Shown here piece after piece: positions 60,431 to 64,000 of a stretch of DNA of 64,000 bases. Position numbers and translations under genes: made by a program. The notes below the pieces were generated by a model. That model was not told the origin of the DNA, searched no databases, and saw only the letters and a list, made by a program, of their open reading frames with translations. Source of the DNA: Candidatus Oxydemutatoraceae bacterium (GTDB taxonomy: Bacteria; Pseudomonadota; Gammaproteobacteria; Poriferisulfidales; Oxydemutatoraceae); NCBI GenBank assembly GCA_965211995.1, contig OZ243040.1:1100249-1164248 (forward strand). Reading direction: 5' to 3'. How positions within the stretch are numbered: the first letter of the stretch is position 1; each line of letters begins with the position of its first letter.

Positions 60431-61911
60431 GCCGCGGTCTCCGCGAGTGCGCGGCGCACCACGTCGGCGTCGTCGAACGGCAGGCGCCGGGCGCCGACAA
60501 TCTGGCAAGTTTCGTGCCCCTTGCCGACGACGGCGACGCAGTCGCCGGGCGCGGCGAGGGCCAGCGCGCGGCGGATCGCCCGTTCGCGGTCGTGGATCAC
60601 CTCGACCGCGGCACCCGCGCCAACGCCGCGCCGGACGTCGGCGACGATGCGCGCCGGGTCTTCGCGCCGGGGGTTGTCGTCGCTGAGCACCACGACGTCG
60701 GCGAGACGCGAAGCGACCTCGCCCATCAGCGCGCGCTTGCCGCGGTCGCGGTCGCCGCCGCAGCCGAACACGCATAGCAAGCGGCCCGCGGTGATCTCGC
60801 GGCACGCGCTCAGCGCGTTTTCCAGCGCGGCGGGCGTATGCGCATAATCAACCACCGCGCACCGGCCGCCGGCGGCGAGGCGCTGCATGCGCCCGCGCAC
60901 CGGCTGTACGCGCGCAAGCAAAGACGCGGCTTGTGCGGGCGACGCGCCCTGCGCCGTCAGCGCCGCGAACGCCGCGAGCAGATTGGCGGCGTTGAAACGC
61001 CCGAGCAGCGGGCTGTCGAACGCGACCGTCACGCCGCGCGCGCACACCTTGAGTTTGAGACCGTGCGTGCCGGCGGCGACCGTGGCGGTGACGTCGGCGG
61101 CGGCGGCGAGCGCGTAACTCGTCACTTCGCAATGGCGGCGGCAGCGCCGCGCGAGTTCGCGCCCGAACGGGTCGCCGACGTTGATCACCGCGCGGCTGAG
61201 CGCGCCGCGCGCGAACAGCCTCTCCTTGGCCGCGGCGTAATCCTCGCGCGAGGCGTGATAATCAAGATGGTCGCGACCGAGGTTGGTGAACACCGCGACG
61301 TCCACTTCGACGCCGGCGAGACGCCCCTGATCGAGGCCGTGGGAAGACGCCTCGACGACGGCCGCGCCGACGCCGCGCGCGTGCAGGGCGTGCAATTCGC
61401 GGTGCAGGCGGAGCGCGTCGGGCGTCGTCATCCCGCTCTCGCGCAGTGCGCCGAAACGCCCGCAACCGAGCGTGCCGATCAGACCGCAGGCACCGTGCCT
61501 GAGATGCAGCGCTTCAGCGATGAAATGCGCGACCGACGTCTTGCCGTCGGTGCCGGTCACGGCGATGATCCGCATCTGCGCGGACGGGTGCTTAAAGAAG
61601 CGGTCGGCGATGACGCCGGCCTTGCGCGCGAGTTCCGCCACCGGCACCACCGGGATCTCGCCGGCGGCGCGCGCGACGCCCGGCGCGGCGGCGTCGCAAA
61701 CGGCGGCGGCGGCGCCGCGCGCGACCGCCTCGGGCAAAAAATCAAGGCCGTCGCAACGACGCCCGCGCAACGCCATGAACAGATCGCGCGCACGCACCTC
61801 CCCGCTGTGCCCGGCCAGACCGTGAACCCGCACTCCGCCCGGCGCAGCGGCGGTCAGCCCGTCAAGCAGCACCGACAACTCCGCGGGGCCGGGGTTGGCC
61901 GCAACGCTCAT
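60427..61911 (-). CDS. murE: UDP-MurNAc-L-Ala-D-Glu--2,6-diaminopimelate ligase
   Basis: VTGTDGKTS and a DNPR motif (LSDDNPRRED). ATGA overlap with the ftsI stop. Confidence 0.94.
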   Translation of the reverse strand: MSVAANPGPAELSVLLDGLTAAAPGGVRVHGLAGHSGEVRARDLFMALRGRRCDGLDFLPEAVARGAAAAVCDAAAPGVARAAGEIPVVPVAELARKAGVIADRFFKHPSAQMRIIAVTGTDGKTSVAHFIAEALHLRHGACGLIGTLGCGRFGALRESGMTTPDALRLHRELHALHARGVGAAVVEASSHGLDQGRLAGVEVDVAVFTNLGRDHLDYHASREDYAAAKERLFARGALSRAVINVGDPFGRELARRCRRHCEVTSYALAAAADVTATVAAGTHGLKLKVCARGVTVAFDSPLLGRFNAANLLAAFAALTAQGASPAQAASLLARVQPVRGRMQRLAAGGRCAVVDYAHTPAALENALSACREITAGRLLCVFGCGGDRDRGKRALMGEVASRLADVVVLSDDNPRREDPARIVADVRRGVGAGAAVEVIHDRERAIRRALALAAPGDCVAVVGKGHETCQIVGARRLPFDDADVVRRALAETAA

Positions 61912-63632
61912 TCATCTGCCAGCGTGTAGCGCGCACGTTCGCGCATCCGGGGGGAGATCTCGTCGTGGGGCACGCCGAGACGCCTCAGTGCGTCCTGCAT
62001 GATCTCGGAAAACACCGGCGCCGCGACCGCGCCCCCGAAATACTCGCCGCTCGCCGGCGTGTCGATCACCACCGCCGCGACCAGGCGCGGATTGGCGACC
62101 GGCGCGAAACCGACGAACAGCGACAAGTACTCTTCCTCTATATACACGCCGCCGCGGTTCTTATGGATGGTTCCGGTCTTGCCGGCGGTGGTAAAGCCGC
62201 GCACCTTGGCGCGGGCGCCGGTGCCCCCGCCGGCGACGACCCGTTCGAGGATCTCTTTCATCACGCGCACCGTGCCGGGCTTGAACACCCGCACCGTCGG
62301 CTGCGCGTGCGCGGCCCTGACCAAGCTCAGCGGCGGGCGCCGGCCGTCGTTGGCGAACACGCTGTAAGCGTGGGCGAGTTGCAGCAGCGAGACCGACAGA
62401 CCGTAGCCGTAAGACATCACCGCCTGATTGAGATCGCGCCAGTCGAGGTGGTGCGGCAGTTTGCCGGAGGCTTCGCCCGGAAAACCGGTGCCGAGAGTTT
62501 GTCCGAACCCGAGTTTGCGGAAAATTTCCCACAATTGTTCGGCGGGAATCGCGAGCGCCGCTTTGCTGATGCCGACGTTGCTCGACTTGACGATGATCTC
62601 AGGCAGCGTCAGCGTGCCGTAGTTGTTGAGGTCGGCGATCGGCTTGCCCGCGACCTTGTAATAGCCGGGCGCGGTGTCGACCGCGGTGTCGACCGCGGCG
62701 TAACCGCCGTCGAGCAAAGCCGCGGCGACGAACGGCTTGATCGTCGAACCCGGCTCGAACTCGTCGGTCAGCACCCGGTTGCGCCGATGCTCGGGAATGA
62801 AGTCGCGCGTATTCGGATTGAACGAAGGCTGGTTGACGAGCGCCAGGATCTCGCCGCTGCGCGCGTCGAGCAGCACCGCCGCCGCCGCCCGCGCACGGTG
62901 TTTTTTCATCGCGGTTTTAAGCGCGCGGTAGGCGTGGTACTGGATATTGCGATCGATCGTCAGCGCCAGACGCTTGCCCGGCTTCGGCGGCGAGATCAAT
63001 TCGACGTGCTCGACCGCGCGCCCGTGGAGATCACGCAGCACGCGCTTTTTGCCCGGCACGCCCCTGAAGATCCGGTCGAACTGCTTTTCGATGCCTTCGA
63101 TGCCGGCATCGTCGAGGTTGGTCGCCCCGATCAGATGCGCCGCGGCTTCGCTCATCGGGTAAAAGCGCCGGTGCTCGCGCAGCAGGTCAACCCCCGCCAG
63201 CTCCAACTCCCGCACTTTCTCCGCGACGCCGGGCTCCAACTGGCGCTTGACATAGACGAAACGCTTTCCCTTTCTGCGTTCGAGGCGCGCGCGCAACGCC
63301 GCCGCGTCGAGTCCGAGCGCCGCCGCGAGGCGCGCGGTCGCGGCGCCGGCGAAATCAAATCCGCCGGGGTCAACCCACGCGGCGTACACCGGCGTGCTGA
63401 TTGCGAGCGGCTCGCCGTTCCTGTCGGTGATCATGCCGCGGTGCGCCGGGATTGCGACGCTGCGCAACTGGCGGGCGTCGGCCTGGCCCTGCAGCCTTTC
63501 CTGCTGGTAGTGCTGCAACTGAACCGCGCGGGCGAGTAACGCCAGCGCCGCCGCGACGAATACGAGCAACGCGAAAAGCCGCCGCTTGCCGCTGGTCGGC
63601 CCGCCGGCCGTGCTAGCGCGCGTCGAGATCAC
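61908..63632 (-). CDS. ftsI: Peptidoglycan D,D-transpeptidase FtsI (PBP3)
   Basis: N-terminal TM segment, STIKP active-site motif (GSTIKPF), SSN, KTGT. Confidence 0.94.
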   Translation of the reverse strand: MISTRASTAGGPTSGKRRLFALLVFVAAALALLARAVQLQHYQQERLQGQADARQLRSVAIPAHRGMITDRNGEPLAISTPVYAAWVDPGGFDFAGAATARLAAALGLDAAALRARLERRKGKRFVYVKRQLEPGVAEKVRELELAGVDLLREHRRFYPMSEAAAHLIGATNLDDAGIEGIEKQFDRIFRGVPGKKRVLRDLHGRAVEHVELISPPKPGKRLALTIDRNIQYHAYRALKTAMKKHRARAAAAVLLDARSGEILALVNQPSFNPNTRDFIPEHRRNRVLTDEFEPGSTIKPFVAAALLDGGYAAVDTAVDTAPGYYKVAGKPIADLNNYGTLTLPEIIVKSSNVGISKAALAIPAEQLWEIFRKLGFGQTLGTGFPGEASGKLPHHLDWRDLNQAVMSYGYGLSVSLLQLAHAYSVFANDGRRPPLSLVRAAHAQPTVRVFKPGTVRVMKEILERVVAGGGTGARAKVRGFTTAGKTGTIHKNRGGVYIEEEYLSLFVGFAPVANPRLVAAVVIDTPASGEYFGGAVAAPVFSEIMQDALRRLGVPHDEISPRMRERARYTLADE

Positions 63633-63915
63633 GCCCGTGCTCCACGATCAAGGTCACTATTTCGTCGCGCGCGGGCGCGCTCATGCCGAGCCGCTCCTTG
63701 GCCACGGCTTCGACCCGCCCTTCGGTGCGCAACGCGGCGTACTCGAGTTGCAGGCTTTCCCAGCGCAGGATCAAATCGTCGCGCTCTTCAAGCAGTTGCT
63801 CGGAGTGCATGAACGCCATGCGCACGTGATGGCGCACCGTCACCACGCCGAAAGACGAGGCGATCACCGCGGCCGCCAGCGCCGCCGTCAACCACGCGTG
63901 CCGGCGCGACATCAC
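63613..63915 (-). CDS. ftsL: Cell division protein FtsL
   Basis: 100 aa, TM segment plus coiled coil. Lies between rsmH and ftsI. Confidence 0.85.
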   Translation of the reverse strand: MMSRRHAWLTAALAAAVIASSFGVVTVRHHVRMAFMHSEQLLEERDDLILRWESLQLEYAALRTEGRVEAVAKERLGMSAPARDEIVTLIVEHGRDLDAR

Positions 63916-63928
63916 CGCCGCCCCGTGT

Positions 63929-64000
63929 TCACAGTTTCTCCGCCACGCGCAACAACGCGCTGCGCGCGCGCGGGTTGGCCGCGACTTCGGCGGCGTCGGC
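63929..64000 (-). CDS. rsmH: 16S rRNA m4C1402 methyltransferase RsmH, C-terminal end (gene runs off the window end)
   Basis: Reverse translation gives ...ANPRARSALLRVAEKL*, the conserved RsmH C-terminus. Lies upstream of ftsL. Confidence 0.75.
   Translation of the reverse strand, partial: ADAAEVAANPRARSALLRVAEKL

Overview
High-GC (by eye about 65-70%) proteobacterial chromosome segment, probably gammaproteobacterial because the gene order resembles Pseudomonas and E. coli. Most of it is conserved housekeeping synteny: lptF / pepA / valS; tsaB-yoaA; ispF-ispD-ftsB-eno-kdsA-pyrG; tilS-accA-dnaE-rnhB; gnnA-gnnB-lpxB; hflCKX; a mutT/thiE-like fusion; argJ-secA; an M23 peptidase; a DUF721 gene; lpxC; and the full dcw cluster from ftsZ back to ftsL/rsmH. 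There are two visibly lower-GC accessory islands. One (about 5.6-7.8 kb) holds a decaying type II R-M module and a dead yefM antitoxin. The other (about 26.5-35.6 kb) is a cell-envelope island with a GtrA-like protein, an SDR, an FAD oxidoreductase, two membrane proteins, and a frameshifted secreted protein combining crystallin-like, collagen-like and RCC1-like parts. The most unusual signal is a roughly 175-bp palindromic element bounded by terminal inverted repeats and lacking a transposase. It occurs 7 times in the window. Four copies sit in the same reading frame inside conserved genes (secA, tilS, the mutT/thiE-like gene, and the 3' end of yoaA), which recalls Rickettsia palindromic elements. 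Other structural oddities are: a 4 x 137-bp tandem array that reiterates the valS start codon as serial ATGA-coupled leader ORFs; a 173-bp tandem duplication of the ispD/ispF junction that creates a chimeric mini-ORF; and a 33-bp (11-aa) tandem array in secA next to the inserted element. I found no rRNA, tRNA, CRISPR array, integrase or transposase. All calls come from manual reading and translation. No database searches were run.
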